Below, piece by piece: positions 18,085 through 28,186 of a stretch of DNA of 64,000 bases. Below the pieces are notes generated by a model. The model made no database searches, had not been told where the DNA came from, and saw only the letters and a list, made by a program, of their open reading frames with translations. How positions within the stretch are numbered: the first letter of the stretch is position 1; every line of letters starts with the position of its first letter. A program made the translations under genes and the position numbers. Source of the stretch: an uncultured Candidatus Saccharibacteria bacterium (GTDB lineage: Bacteria; Patescibacteriota; Minisyncoccia; Phycocordibacterales; UBA9973); contig CAZUQJ010000001.1 in the NCBI GenBank assembly GCA_964622505.1, forward strand, positions 116,957 through 180,956. Direction: 5' to 3'.

Positions 18085-18830
18085 TGAGCATCAGCAAAAA
18101 TACAGCCAAATTGATACGATCTCTTCATTTGAAGAAATTTCGTAAAGAAGAGGGGTTATTCCTTGTGGAAGGCGAGAAGAGTATCATCGAGGTGGTGCAG
18201 TCTGATTTTGAAATTGTAAATATATACACTACTCGTGAAATTTTTGAGAAGTATAGAGATATCTTTAAGCCACTCGATGAGATTATAGAGATAGTACATG
18301 CAGATGAGCTTACAAAAGTAAGCTCACTTGAGTTTAACGATACAGGTATAGCAATAGTGAAGCAAAAAGAAAATACGCCGATTGAGATAGAGAGTGAGAT
18401 TATCGTCGTGCTCGACGACATACGTGATCCTGGCAATTTGGGTACTATTATCCGTACATGTGATTGGTATGGGGTCAAGAAGATCGTATGCTCCGATACT
18501 ACTGCAGAATTGTACAACAACAAAGTTATCGCTAGTAGTATGGGCTCTTTTACTCGAGTGCAAATTTTCTACACAGACCTCAATCATTTTTTGAAAGATC
18601 AAAACATTCCTATAATGGGCGCTCTACTCTCTGGTTTGGATGTCCACAATGTTATATACCCGAAAAGTGGAATTATTCTAATGGGCAATGAATCAAATGG
18701 CATACATAAAGAATTACAAAATTATATAACCGACAAAATCACGATTCCGCGCTATGGAGACGCTGAGTCACTCAATGTGTCTATGGCCACAGGCATTATT
18801 TTAGATAATTGGCGTCGGGGCATGATATAA
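18084..18830 (+). CDS. TrmH-family (SPOUT) RNA methyltransferase
   Basis: DPGNLGTIIR, GNE..G, ESLNVS. Confidence 0.9.
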   Translation: MSISKNTAKLIRSLHLKKFRKEEGLFLVEGEKSIIEVVQSDFEIVNIYTTREIFEKYRDIFKPLDEIIEIVHADELTKVSSLEFNDTGIAIVKQKENTPIEIESEIIVVLDDIRDPGNLGTIIRTCDWYGVKKIVCSDTTAELYNNKVIASSMGSFTRVQIFYTDLNHFLKDQNIPIMGALLSGLDVHNVIYPKSGIILMGNESNGIHKELQNYITDKITIPRYGDAESLNVSMATGIILDNWRRGMI

Positions 18831-18839
18831 TGCTCGTAT

Positions 18840-21530
18840 ATGCAGTGGTATAGCAAAAATCAAGAAGAAATATTTAAACAACTAGAGAGCAACATTACAG
18901 GACTCTCTCAATCTCAAGTAGAGCTCGCTCGCCAAAAATATGGCGAGAATAAATTGCCGGAAGAGAAACTCGCGACGTATTTAGAGATATTCTTCAACCA
19001 ATTTAAAAGTCCGCTTATCTATATTCTTTTAATTGCAGTTCTGATAGTGCTCGCTATGGGCGACACAGAGAGCGCTCTTGTTATCGGAGTAGTCCTTGTG
19101 CTCAATGCAGCTATAGGTACTTTTCAAGAAGGCAAAGCTCAAAATACTCTCAACGCTTTAAAAAAGTTCATCACAACAAAGGCTACTGTTCTGCGGGAAA
19201 ATATGGAGATCATCATAGACGATTCGGAGCTTGTTCCTGGAGATATAATCTTGCTTACAGAAGGCGACAAGATACCCAGCGATGCGCGCTTACTATCCGT
19301 AGAACAACTCAAGATCGACGAGTCCGCTCTGACGGGTGAGTCGATGCCGGTCTACAAAACAGTAGAACCGATTGAAAAAAGTAATTTAACAAACCAAGAC
19401 CAGACTAACATGGTCTTTCGTGGTACATATGTTGTAGGTGGTAATGCAAAAGCGATTGTTGTTGCAACAGGTACCGAGACAATGATTGGTAAAATATCAC
19501 TCAAATTACAAACACTCAATACCGATGTTCCGCTCAAAGCCGAGATTAAGTCACTTTCAAAAGTTTTGATAGGGATTGTTCTTGTTATGGTGGTCTTGCT
19601 GTTCTTTGTGGGTATTTATTCAGGGTATTCTACGATAGACATGTTTAGTATTGCTGTGGCTGTGGCTGTGTCGGCTATACCCGAGGGCTTGCCAGTGGTT
19701 GTGACACTAATCCTAGCTACTGGGGTGAACAGAATGACCAAAAGAAATGCTCTGGTCAAAAATCTGCAAGCAGTCGAAGCATTGGGCCAAGCCGATGTGA
19801 TAGCAGTCGACAAGACAGGCACTATTACTCTCAATCAGATGCAGGTAAAGGAAGTGTATGTATCAAGCGGACTATATCAAGTGGAAGGTCAAGGCTATGA
19901 GCCAAAAGGTGTTGTGCAGCTCGAGGGCAATGTGGTCAATCATATAGAGCGACCAGATCTGATGCTCATAGGTAAGATATGCTCGCTGACCGCCCTCGCA
20001 CATATTTCATATTCAGAAGAAAAGAAATTCTGGCAAAGGATATCTGGCGACCCTACAGAAGTTGCATTGCTTGTTTTTTCACAAAAACTCAATTTCGATA
20101 AAAGTGCAGAAGAAAGAGATAATCCAAAAATACTCGAGATGCCATTTAGCTCCCACACTCGTTTCCACGCGACTATAAATACCGTAAAAGGTCAAAATGT
20201 TTTCTTTGTTGCTGGTGCTCCAGAGGCCATTTTGCATTCGTCTGTCGACATGTATACAAGCGACGGCAAGATTGAATTTTCTGATATACAAAAGAATATT
20301 ATTCTGACACAGATGAAGGAAATGTCGGCTCGCGGATTGAGAATAATAGCTTGTGCAACATCAGATCATCATGTAAAAGATATGGATCCAAGTGTGTTAC
20401 CTAAATTGACCTTTGTAGGTATTGTCGGTATTGAAGATGCCATAAGGACAGAAGTTTATGATGCTGTAGATCGGTCCAAAAAGGCTGGTATACGTGTGGT
20501 AATGATCACCGGTGACCATGTCGACACAGCTATCGCTATTGCGCGTAGTGTAGGGATATACAAAGATGGTGATAGTGTTTTAACAGACAAGGATCTGGCC
20601 GAGTTATCTCCAAGTGAGCTCCGGGCAAAGATAGTGAATACAACAGTGTTTGCTCGTGTTACTCCAGACCACAAGATGGCTATTGTGAATGCATACAAGA
20701 GTGCAGGTCTGATTATTGCCATGACAGGTGACGGGGTCAATGACGCACTCTCCCTTGCGTCTGCTGATCTGGGAGTTGCTATGGGTAAGATGGGCACAGA
20801 AGTTGCAAAGGAAGCTGCCGACATCATACTCCTCGATGACAATTTCGGCAGTATAGTACACGCAGTAGAAGAAGGGCGCAATATTTATCGGACAATTAAA
20901 AAAGTGTTAATGTACTTACTTTCTACAGGCCTTGGAGAAATTTTTGCAATTGCGGGTACGATGCTTCTCGGCCTCCAGATGCCATTTTCAGCATCGCAGA
21001 TCATATGGCTCAATTTTGTCACCGATGGATTCCTAGTTATTGCACTTGCTTTGGAGCCAAAAGATGAAAGTCTGCTTTCTCAAAAAATGAGCAAGGATGA
21101 TCAGAAACTGATCAATAAAGAAATGCTCATCCGTATGTTTATTATGGGTTTTGTAATGATGGTAGGGACTATTATCCTATTCAACAGCTATCTCGGCGAG
21201 GGATTCCTGAAAGCTTCGACCATAGCGCTGACAGTGCTTGCCGTGTATCAGTGGTTCAACGCATTTAACTGCCGATCAAGTAAAAAATCAGTTTTCAAAA
21301 TAGATTTATTTTCAAATAAATATTTGCTCTGGGCTTTTGGGGTAGTAGTCATTTTGCAGATTGTGGCTGTATACACTAAGCCTTTCAATAATTTTCTGAA
21401 TACAACAGCTATAACTGTTTCTGATTGGGTGATAGTGATTGCAGTTGCTCTCTCTGTTATTTTGGTAGATGAAATATATAAGCTTATAAAAAATGGGGTC
21501 AACAGATTTAAGTCTAGAAATGTGTTATAA
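18840..21530 (+). CDS. P-type cation ATPase (P2A, Ca2+-type)
   Basis: TGES, PEGL, DKTGT, TGD, TGDGVND. Confidence 0.93.
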   Translation: MQWYSKNQEEIFKQLESNITGLSQSQVELARQKYGENKLPEEKLATYLEIFFNQFKSPLIYILLIAVLIVLAMGDTESALVIGVVLVLNAAIGTFQEGKAQNTLNALKKFITTKATVLRENMEIIIDDSELVPGDIILLTEGDKIPSDARLLSVEQLKIDESALTGESMPVYKTVEPIEKSNLTNQDQTNMVFRGTYVVGGNAKAIVVATGTETMIGKISLKLQTLNTDVPLKAEIKSLSKVLIGIVLVMVVLLFFVGIYSGYSTIDMFSIAVAVAVSAIPEGLPVVVTLILATGVNRMTKRNALVKNLQAVEALGQADVIAVDKTGTITLNQMQVKEVYVSSGLYQVEGQGYEPKGVVQLEGNVVNHIERPDLMLIGKICSLTALAHISYSEEKKFWQRISGDPTEVALLVFSQKLNFDKSAEERDNPKILEMPFSSHTRFHATINTVKGQNVFFVAGAPEAILHSSVDMYTSDGKIEFSDIQKNIILTQMKEMSARGLRIIACATSDHHVKDMDPSVLPKLTFVGIVGIEDAIRTEVYDAVDRSKKAGIRVVMITGDHVDTAIAIARSVGIYKDGDSVLTDKDLAELSPSELRAKIVNTTVFARVTPDHKMAIVNAYKSAGLIIAMTGDGVNDALSLASADLGVAMGKMGTEVAKEAADIILLDDNFGSIVHAVEEGRNIYRTIKKVLMYLLSTGLGEIFAIAGTMLLGLQMPFSASQIIWLNFVTDGFLVIALALEPKDESLLSQKMSKDDQKLINKEMLIRMFIMGFVMMVGTIILFNSYLGEGFLKASTIALTVLAVYQWFNAFNCRSSKKSVFKIDLFSNKYLLWAFGVVVILQIVAVYTKPFNNFLNTTAITVSDWVIVIAVALSVILVDEIYKLIKNGVNRFKSRNVL

Positions 21531-21539
21531 TATAAAGAT

Positions 21540-22547
21540 ATGATATTTATACTTGTTTCAATCTTGCTTTTACTCTCGGGGCTTTTTTCGGCACTGACTA
21601 TTTCTTATATGGGTTTTGATCTAGGTCTATTGCACCGTTTAGCCAAGCAGAAAAACAAACAGGCAATAGCAATACTCGATATACGCAAAAGAGGGATGAA
21701 ACTTTTGATCACTTTGATCCTCGGCACAACTCTGGCAAATGCATTTGCAACTATCCTCATCGGAGATCATTTTTCTGGACTCGTGGCTGGGCTTGTGAGT
21801 GCTTCGTTGATCTTTTTGCTTGCCGATGTTTTCCCCCAAGCATTTGGTAGTCAGCATGCTTTGGCTTTTGGCGGATTTTGTGTCCCGCTTACTCGAGTAT
21901 TTATGTTTATTTTTTATCCGATATCAGCACCTGTTGCGTATTTATTAAAAAAGATTTTAGGAGAGGAAAAGGTAAACAAAATATCCAAAGTAGATTTGTT
22001 GACTATTTTAGATGAACAGGACCAGAGTGGTGTGTCCGATGTAGACACTGACGAGCGTCGGATTGCACGTGGCTCTTTGTTATTTTCTGATCGAAAAGTG
22101 AGCAATGTCATGACTCCAAATACTGTTGTCAAAACGATTGATCACAATGAAGTTCTAGACTACGACCGACTCATTGAGCTACGTAACACAGGCTATTCTC
22201 GTATACCTGTCTATGAAAATGACCAGCACAATTTTACCGGTATACTGTACCTCAAAGACTTGATCGGTATAGCAACTCCATGCAAGGTAAGTGACTTGAT
22301 GGACAACACAATCCACTTTGTACATTCACATGACCCACTCGACAAGGTCCTTGGTGAATTTATTTCCACAAAGATGCACTTGTTCGTAGTACTCGATGAA
22401 TTTGGTGGATTTGAAGGTGTGATTACTGTTGAAGATATCCTCGAAGAGATTATTGGCCAAGAGATCATGGACGAAGATGACGATGTTCCTGACTTGCGAG
22501 AGTTTGCCCGAGGTCGCCAGAAACAAATAATCAATAAAATAAAATAA
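21540..22547 (+). CDS. CNNM/DUF21-CBS domain protein (CorB/CorC-like)
   Basis: LSGLFS, VMTP, YSRIPVY, VLDEFGG..G..TVEDILEEIIG.EI.DE.D. Confidence 0.88.
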   Translation: MIFILVSILLLLSGLFSALTISYMGFDLGLLHRLAKQKNKQAIAILDIRKRGMKLLITLILGTTLANAFATILIGDHFSGLVAGLVSASLIFLLADVFPQAFGSQHALAFGGFCVPLTRVFMFIFYPISAPVAYLLKKILGEEKVNKISKVDLLTILDEQDQSGVSDVDTDERRIARGSLLFSDRKVSNVMTPNTVVKTIDHNEVLDYDRLIELRNTGYSRIPVYENDQHNFTGILYLKDLIGIATPCKVSDLMDNTIHFVHSHDPLDKVLGEFISTKMHLFVVLDEFGGFEGVITVEDILEEIIGQEIMDEDDDVPDLREFARGRQKQIINKIK

Positions 22548-23044
22548 TGAAGAAAACTTTAAAAGAATTACTTGGTGAAATCAGTGATAAGGAGCACGCC
22601 TGCATAGTGGTACTAGACGAGCTGACCGATGTCCACAATGTGGGTGCTATTATCCGTACCGCTGTGGCAAGTGGTGCCGACGGAGTGGTGGTAGGCAAGC
22701 ACAACCAAGCCCCGATCAATGACACTGTAATGCGCACAAGCGCCTATACAGCTGATCTGATCCCGATCATCGAGATGAATATCAACGATAGTTTACGAAT
22801 ACTCAAAGACAATGGCTTCTGGGTCCACGGACTTTTTATGCAAGGGGATAGTACATTGTGGCAAAGCGATTTGAAAGGCAAAGTTGCCATCGTAGTGGGT
22901 AGCGAAGGCGACGGTATACATGACCTAACTCGCAAGCTCTGCGACTTTGCATTAGCTATCCCAATGGACGAAAAAGTAGAATCCCTCAACGCATCAGTCT
23001 CGGCAAGTATTGCTCTCTACGAGCGCTTGAGGCAGATATCGTAG
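22547..23044 (+). CDS. RlmB-like SPOUT methyltransferase, catalytic domain only
   Basis: LDELTDVHNVGAIIR, GSEGDG, ESLNASVS; only 165 aa. Confidence 0.8.
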   Translation: MKKTLKELLGEISDKEHACIVVLDELTDVHNVGAIIRTAVASGADGVVVGKHNQAPINDTVMRTSAYTADLIPIIEMNINDSLRILKDNGFWVHGLFMQGDSTLWQSDLKGKVAIVVGSEGDGIHDLTRKLCDFALAIPMDEKVESLNASVSASIALYERLRQIS

Positions 23045-23071
23045 TGTTAAATTTTATGATATTATTGTTGT

Positions 23072-25618
23072 ATGTTTAATTTTAGACCTAAAATGGAGAG
23101 TAAAGTCTCTAGTGCTTTACCCACAGAAGAAAAGCCAGATATTCAGGAAACTAAACAAAAAGAAGAAAAATCACTAACTCCTGAAATTATAAAAAAAATA
23201 TATGAAAAAGGTCGTTTATATATCATGACCACGATTATTTCCCTTGGTATGTTTCAAGTAGATAAATCAGGTTCAGAGCAAAATTTTGATTATTTTATAT
23301 CGAAGTTCAAAAATATTCCAAAAGAAAAAAGCCATGAAGTTTATGATGATTTAAATAAAATATTGTCACCAGAAGAATTTTCAATATATTGTGAAAACGA
23401 TAACGATAGTTTAATTTCAAATTCAGTACTTGATAATAAATTCCGTGAAATCTTGGTGAAATTAAGTTCAAAGTTTATTTTTAAATCAGATGATCTGTTT
23501 ATAGATTTTTCTGAAAAAAAAGAGGAGGAACAAAACCAAAAACAATTATATAAAATAGATACTGAGGATTCTTGGAAAAAAATTGATGAAATCCTAAAAG
23601 AATTTCCTTCAGGTTACAAACCAGAGATTTCTTCAATTCCATATTCTCATATTGAATATTTAAATGATCCAGTATATTTTAAGGCCCTAAAACGTCTTGC
23701 CAGCATAAAAATGACGAGAGATGTTGCATATTGTAACAACAATAACATTAAAAAAATTGCAACGGATGATGATTTATTTATCATATTAGAGAAATTTAAT
23801 AGCTTGGGCCCTGAATTTAGTGCAGGCATTATTGATCGTTTTTTTGAATCTGGAACTAAACCTGAATATTTAGATGAAGAACAATGGCAAAAAAAATTAA
23901 ATTTCCGTAATGACTTTGAACACTTCTTGCAATCTAATCCAAATGCAAAGATTTTTGAATATGGTAAAGGCTCTAAATTTGAATCAAATGGAATTATTAA
24001 TTTAATGGATGATTCATCTGGAAGATACATACAATTTTTTGAAGACAAGAATAATCAAAAAAGTATTGAATTCCTACGTAGTATTGGATATGATTTCCAA
24101 TCAATGTATTTTTTAATAAGGTCAAATTATGAAAATATGGTCAACGAACCAGAATTTTTAGATGCACTGAATGAACTATCTGTAATCAATAGGAGGGGTG
24201 ATTCCTATAGCGTTTGGTTTCATTTATTATCTAAATATGATTCTTATTACAACTTAGACACTAAAGATGGTTTTGAGGATTTGGCTCATGATTTAAAAAG
24301 GGCTAAGTACAAGCTAGGTAATTCTTCTGTGGATTTTTATAAAGTCAGAGATAAATTAGAAGAAATTACAGACAAACATACTAAAAACAGCAATGAAATA
24401 ATTAAAGAAAATGTTTTTGAGCCTTTAGTTGCAGATATGGATACATCATACCAGCATTGGGATGAATTTTTAAAAGATCCAGCATTAGAAATTATAACAA
24501 AGTTAAAATATCAGAATAATATACCTAAATATTTGGATACTTTAGATTATTTTTCCAAAATAGATTGGATGATGCGCGTTGCAAGAAATATGTATATTGC
24601 TAATACACCAATTACTCCTGAAGATTTTGAAAAAACATTCTACGAAACAGTCAGCATTAGAATGGATAAGGAATTAATAGAGAAGTCATTATTTAAAAAT
24701 AGAAATGTTGCGTTCTTTGCTCACAACGAACGATACGGTGATGATAAAAAAGATAAATTAACTAAATATAAATTACAGAACAAAGGGAAAAACTGCTTTG
24801 GTAAGGCTGAGGCAATGGATGCAATTTCAAAACAACAACCAGACAATCTGAACATATTTCGGGCAAACAATACTTCGGAGTCATTAATTAATACAAAGAA
24901 GCTTTTTTTAGAATATATTATAAATAATTCTAATCTTACTGTCGTTGTTGATGCGCATGGTAACGAAAATGCTATTTATCTTACTAATGGTCTACCAAAA
25001 AGTCAAGAATTAAAAAATTCAGTTCCTACCGAAGGATCAGATTGTGTCACTTTTGAAGAGATTGCTAATGCAATTGAGGAACGATATGATAAAAATATAA
25101 AAGACGTACCTATTTTTATTATGACTTCTTGTTATAATCAGAATTTTATACGGAATCTTTGCGAAAAAATTATCGAAATAAATTCACAGAAGAAAAAGGA
25201 CATACAACTGCCTATTATTTCTGGAGATGCGGAATATGGACAGTATGCTTATTCTACTGAAAGCGAGTTTGGTAATGATTTTTTTGATATGATTTTAAAG
25301 AATAAATCTAATTCAAGGATTAAAGATATCATTCAAATTGAAAATGGAACTCTAACAACTAATATTTCACTGTTTGTGCCATTTACTAAAGAAAGTAAGG
25401 ATATTAACAGCAAAAAAATAAAACAAAAAATCTTCTACCAAATTACACAACACGGAGGCACACCGTTAAACAAAACACTCGCATTACAATACGCAGAGGG
25501 ATTACTAAGTAATACCATAAATGATAAAACAGCATCTTACTGGGAATATACCAATAAAGACCTAGCTCATGAAATAAGGAAAACAATCGAAGATTATAAT
25601 ATTGAGCTCGTAAGCTGA
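23072..25618 (+). CDS. Large low-GC hypothetical protein with putative C-terminal caspase/hemoglobinase-fold peptidase
   Basis: VVVDAHG and IFIMTSCY His/Cys dyad-like motifs. Confidence 0.55.
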   Translation: MFNFRPKMESKVSSALPTEEKPDIQETKQKEEKSLTPEIIKKIYEKGRLYIMTTIISLGMFQVDKSGSEQNFDYFISKFKNIPKEKSHEVYDDLNKILSPEEFSIYCENDNDSLISNSVLDNKFREILVKLSSKFIFKSDDLFIDFSEKKEEEQNQKQLYKIDTEDSWKKIDEILKEFPSGYKPEISSIPYSHIEYLNDPVYFKALKRLASIKMTRDVAYCNNNNIKKIATDDDLFIILEKFNSLGPEFSAGIIDRFFESGTKPEYLDEEQWQKKLNFRNDFEHFLQSNPNAKIFEYGKGSKFESNGIINLMDDSSGRYIQFFEDKNNQKSIEFLRSIGYDFQSMYFLIRSNYENMVNEPEFLDALNELSVINRRGDSYSVWFHLLSKYDSYYNLDTKDGFEDLAHDLKRAKYKLGNSSVDFYKVRDKLEEITDKHTKNSNEIIKENVFEPLVADMDTSYQHWDEFLKDPALEIITKLKYQNNIPKYLDTLDYFSKIDWMMRVARNMYIANTPITPEDFEKTFYETVSIRMDKELIEKSLFKNRNVAFFAHNERYGDDKKDKLTKYKLQNKGKNCFGKAEAMDAISKQQPDNLNIFRANNTSESLINTKKLFLEYIINNSNLTVVVDAHGNENAIYLTNGLPKSQELKNSVPTEGSDCVTFEEIANAIEERYDKNIKDVPIFIMTSCYNQNFIRNLCEKIIEINSQKKKDIQLPIISGDAEYGQYAYSTESEFGNDFFDMILKNKSNSRIKDIIQIENGTLTTNISLFVPFTKESKDINSKKIKQKIFYQITQHGGTPLNKTLALQYAEGLLSNTINDKTASYWEYTNKDLAHEIRKTIEDYNIELVS

Positions 25619-25660
25619 TTTGTGGTATACTAGCTATTATTATTTATTTTTATCTTCATT

Positions 25661-26026
25661 ATGACAACAATTGAAATTTTGACATTTCTTGGGCGGATAC
25701 TGTTTGGAGCTTACTTTGTTTATTCTGGATACAACCATTTTAAAAATCAAAAAGGCTACATTGCTTATGCAAAGCATAAAGGTGTACCAAATCCAAATCT
25801 AGCTGTACCACTAACAGGATTATTGCTTGTAGTTGGAGGATTTGGATTCTTTCTGAACTTACTGATTGTCGAGTCTGCATTTATCTTGCTTATCTTCATG
25901 ATCCCGACCACACTTATGATGCATGCTTTCTGGAAAGAAAAAGATCCTACTCTCAAAGCAAATGAACATATTGCTTTTATGAAAAATGTAGCAATTATTG
26001 GTGCCTTACTGACATTCTTGAAATAA
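25661..26026 (+). CDS. DoxX family membrane protein
   Basis: LGRILFG..F..SG..HF, H.FW, F.KN.AIIG. Confidence 0.88.
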   Translation: MTTIEILTFLGRILFGAYFVYSGYNHFKNQKGYIAYAKHKGVPNPNLAVPLTGLLLVVGGFGFFLNLLIVESAFILLIFMIPTTLMMHAFWKEKDPTLKANEHIAFMKNVAIIGALLTFLK

Positions 26027-26043
26027 AGGGATTACCCTTTCTT

Positions 26044-26736
26044 ATGGTAAATGAAATAGGTACTTTATATATCGTAGCAACTCCCATCGGTAACATGGAG
26101 GATATTACTCTTCGCGCACTTCGTATACTCAAAGAGGTGGATATAATTTTGTGTGAAGACACTCGTACTACAGGCAAGCTTCTCTCGCGTTACGAGATCA
26201 AGAACAAGACCTCGAGCTATCATGCCCACAGTACAAAGGGTAAAGAGGGTGCTATTATCCGTATGTTACAAGAGGGTAAGAACATCGCCCTTGTAAGCGA
26301 CGCAGGTACACCATGTATTTCTGATCCAGGAATTCTGTTGGTAAAAGAGGTTTACAAAGAGTTTGGTAAGGATGCTAAAGTGGTGCCAATTCCTGGGGCA
26401 TCAGCATTGATTACAGCATTATCAGCATGTGGAGTTTCTGTTGCAGACTTTATTTTCTTGGGATTTTTGCCCCACAAGAAGGGCAGAGAGACACTTTTTA
26501 AAGAGATCGCTGAGAGCACTAAACCAGTAGTTTTCTATGAGTCTTCACACCGGATTTTAAAAGCATTGGAAGCTCTCCATACTCACTGCAAGGACAGAAG
26601 TATAGTCATTGCTCGTGAACTGACCAAGATATACGAAGAGTTTCAAAGAGGGACACCAGGCACTCTACTTGAGGTGCTCACTGAAGACAAAAATAAGCAA
26701 AAAGGCGAGTTTGTAGTGATTGTGGATACTAAATAA
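26044..26736 (+). CDS. rsmI: 16S rRNA C1402 2'-O-methyltransferase
   Basis: LYIVATPIGNMEDIT.RA, CEDTR, SDAGTP.ISDPG, RELTK.YEE. Confidence 0.95.
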   Translation: MVNEIGTLYIVATPIGNMEDITLRALRILKEVDIILCEDTRTTGKLLSRYEIKNKTSSYHAHSTKGKEGAIIRMLQEGKNIALVSDAGTPCISDPGILLVKEVYKEFGKDAKVVPIPGASALITALSACGVSVADFIFLGFLPHKKGRETLFKEIAESTKPVVFYESSHRILKALEALHTHCKDRSIVIARELTKIYEEFQRGTPGTLLEVLTEDKNKQKGEFVVIVDTK

Positions 26737-26754
26737 ATACGATATAATAGAACT

Positions 26755-27000
26755 ATGAGAAAAGAAAGAACTTTATTTTTTATTGGTATTTGGATCGCAT
26801 TGTTGCCATTTTTAGGATTTCCTAATGCATGGCGCAAAATTCTATTTATTGTTACTGGTGTAGGAGTTGTATATCTTGCATACCTATTCCGCCAAGAGCA
26901 CAATGCTCGCATGATGATACTCAAATCAAGCTCAGAGGACCAAACAATGGATTCTTTTATTGATAATATAAATGATATAAATGAGTCATCATTCAAATAA
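26755..27000 (+). CDS. Small membrane protein
   Basis: Two TM helices, LPFLGFP..W. Confidence 0.7.
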   Translation: MRKERTLFFIGIWIALLPFLGFPNAWRKILFIVTGVGVVYLAYLFRQEHNARMMILKSSSEDQTMDSFIDNINDINESSFK

Positions 27001-28180
27001 AAAAATAGCAATCATATCGGGTACTGTTGTGGTATCGGTTGCTGTTTTGTTGTTTGCACTATCTTATGCATTTAGTACATCTTTTGACAGTACAAAAAAG
27101 TATGAGGTCAATAAAGTAAAGGGGACAGAAAGTAGTAAAGATAACAAAGACACAGCAATTGAACCTGCTCCATTGCCGGCGACACATATTGAAACACCAG
27201 AATCTGTCAAAGCAATCTATATATCGGCTTGGGTTGCAGGCTCAGCAAAGCACATGAGTCGGATCAATAGTTTACTAGATACTACAGAGTTGAATGCTAT
27301 TGTAATCGACATCAAGGATTCTACTGGGCGTGTCTCTTTCCATACAGACAACGAGCTTATCAAGGAGTTGGGAGCTTCTGAGAAGCGTATTGCAGACATT
27401 AAGGGCTTGATTGACTCACTACATAAGAGAGATATCTATGTTATTGGTCGTATTTCAGTATTCCAAGATCCGTACATGACAAAAAGAAAACCTGAATGGG
27501 CAGTCAAAAAGAAGAGCGATGGTACTGTATGGACCGATCGCAAGAAACTATCATTCCTTGATCCAGCAAATAAAGACGTATGGAACTATACAAGCACTGT
27601 GGCCCATACAGCGTATGACGTAGGCTTTGATGAGATCAATTTCGACTACATCCGCTATCCGTCAGATGGTAACGTGAAAGATATAAACTATTCTTTGGCC
27701 GAGGGCAAGACTCGTGCAAGCAATATGGAAGATTTCTTTATTTATTTGCATGATGAGATGAAAAAGGATGTCGACATACCAACTTCTGCTGACCTATTTG
27801 GCCTTACAGCCACGGCTGTTGGCAATGACGATATGGGTATAGGTCAGGTCATGGAAAAAGTTTTGCCACACTTTGATTTTATTGCACCTATGGTTTATCC
27901 ATCACACTTTGCTACTGCGTGGAATGGCTACAAAAATCCAGCTGAGCATCCATATGAAGTAGTGAATATTACAATGAAGTCTGCTGTTGCCAAAGCAACA
28001 GCTATGGGTCTGTCACCGCTCAAGATTCGCCCGTGGCTCCAAGATTTCGACATGGGTGCCAATTATGGGAAAGATAAGGTCCAAGCTCAGATCAAAGGTA
28101 CTTACGATGCAGGTCTGAATTCATGGATGCTATGGGATCCTAAAAATATATACACAAAAGACGCTTTGGAATTGCAATAA
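26981..28180 (+). CDS. Putative glycoside hydrolase (DUF4015)
   Basis: NAIVIDIKD, RISVFQD, GFDEINFDYIRYP, PMVYPSH, RPWLQDF. Confidence 0.85.
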   Translation: MSHHSNKKIAIISGTVVVSVAVLLFALSYAFSTSFDSTKKYEVNKVKGTESSKDNKDTAIEPAPLPATHIETPESVKAIYISAWVAGSAKHMSRINSLLDTTELNAIVIDIKDSTGRVSFHTDNELIKELGASEKRIADIKGLIDSLHKRDIYVIGRISVFQDPYMTKRKPEWAVKKKSDGTVWTDRKKLSFLDPANKDVWNYTSTVAHTAYDVGFDEINFDYIRYPSDGNVKDINYSLAEGKTRASNMEDFFIYLHDEMKKDVDIPTSADLFGLTATAVGNDDMGIGQVMEKVLPHFDFIAPMVYPSHFATAWNGYKNPAEHPYEVVNITMKSAVAKATAMGLSPLKIRPWLQDFDMGANYGKDKVQAQIKGTYDAGLNSWMLWDPKNIYTKDALELQ

Positions 28181-28186
28181 CCTTAT

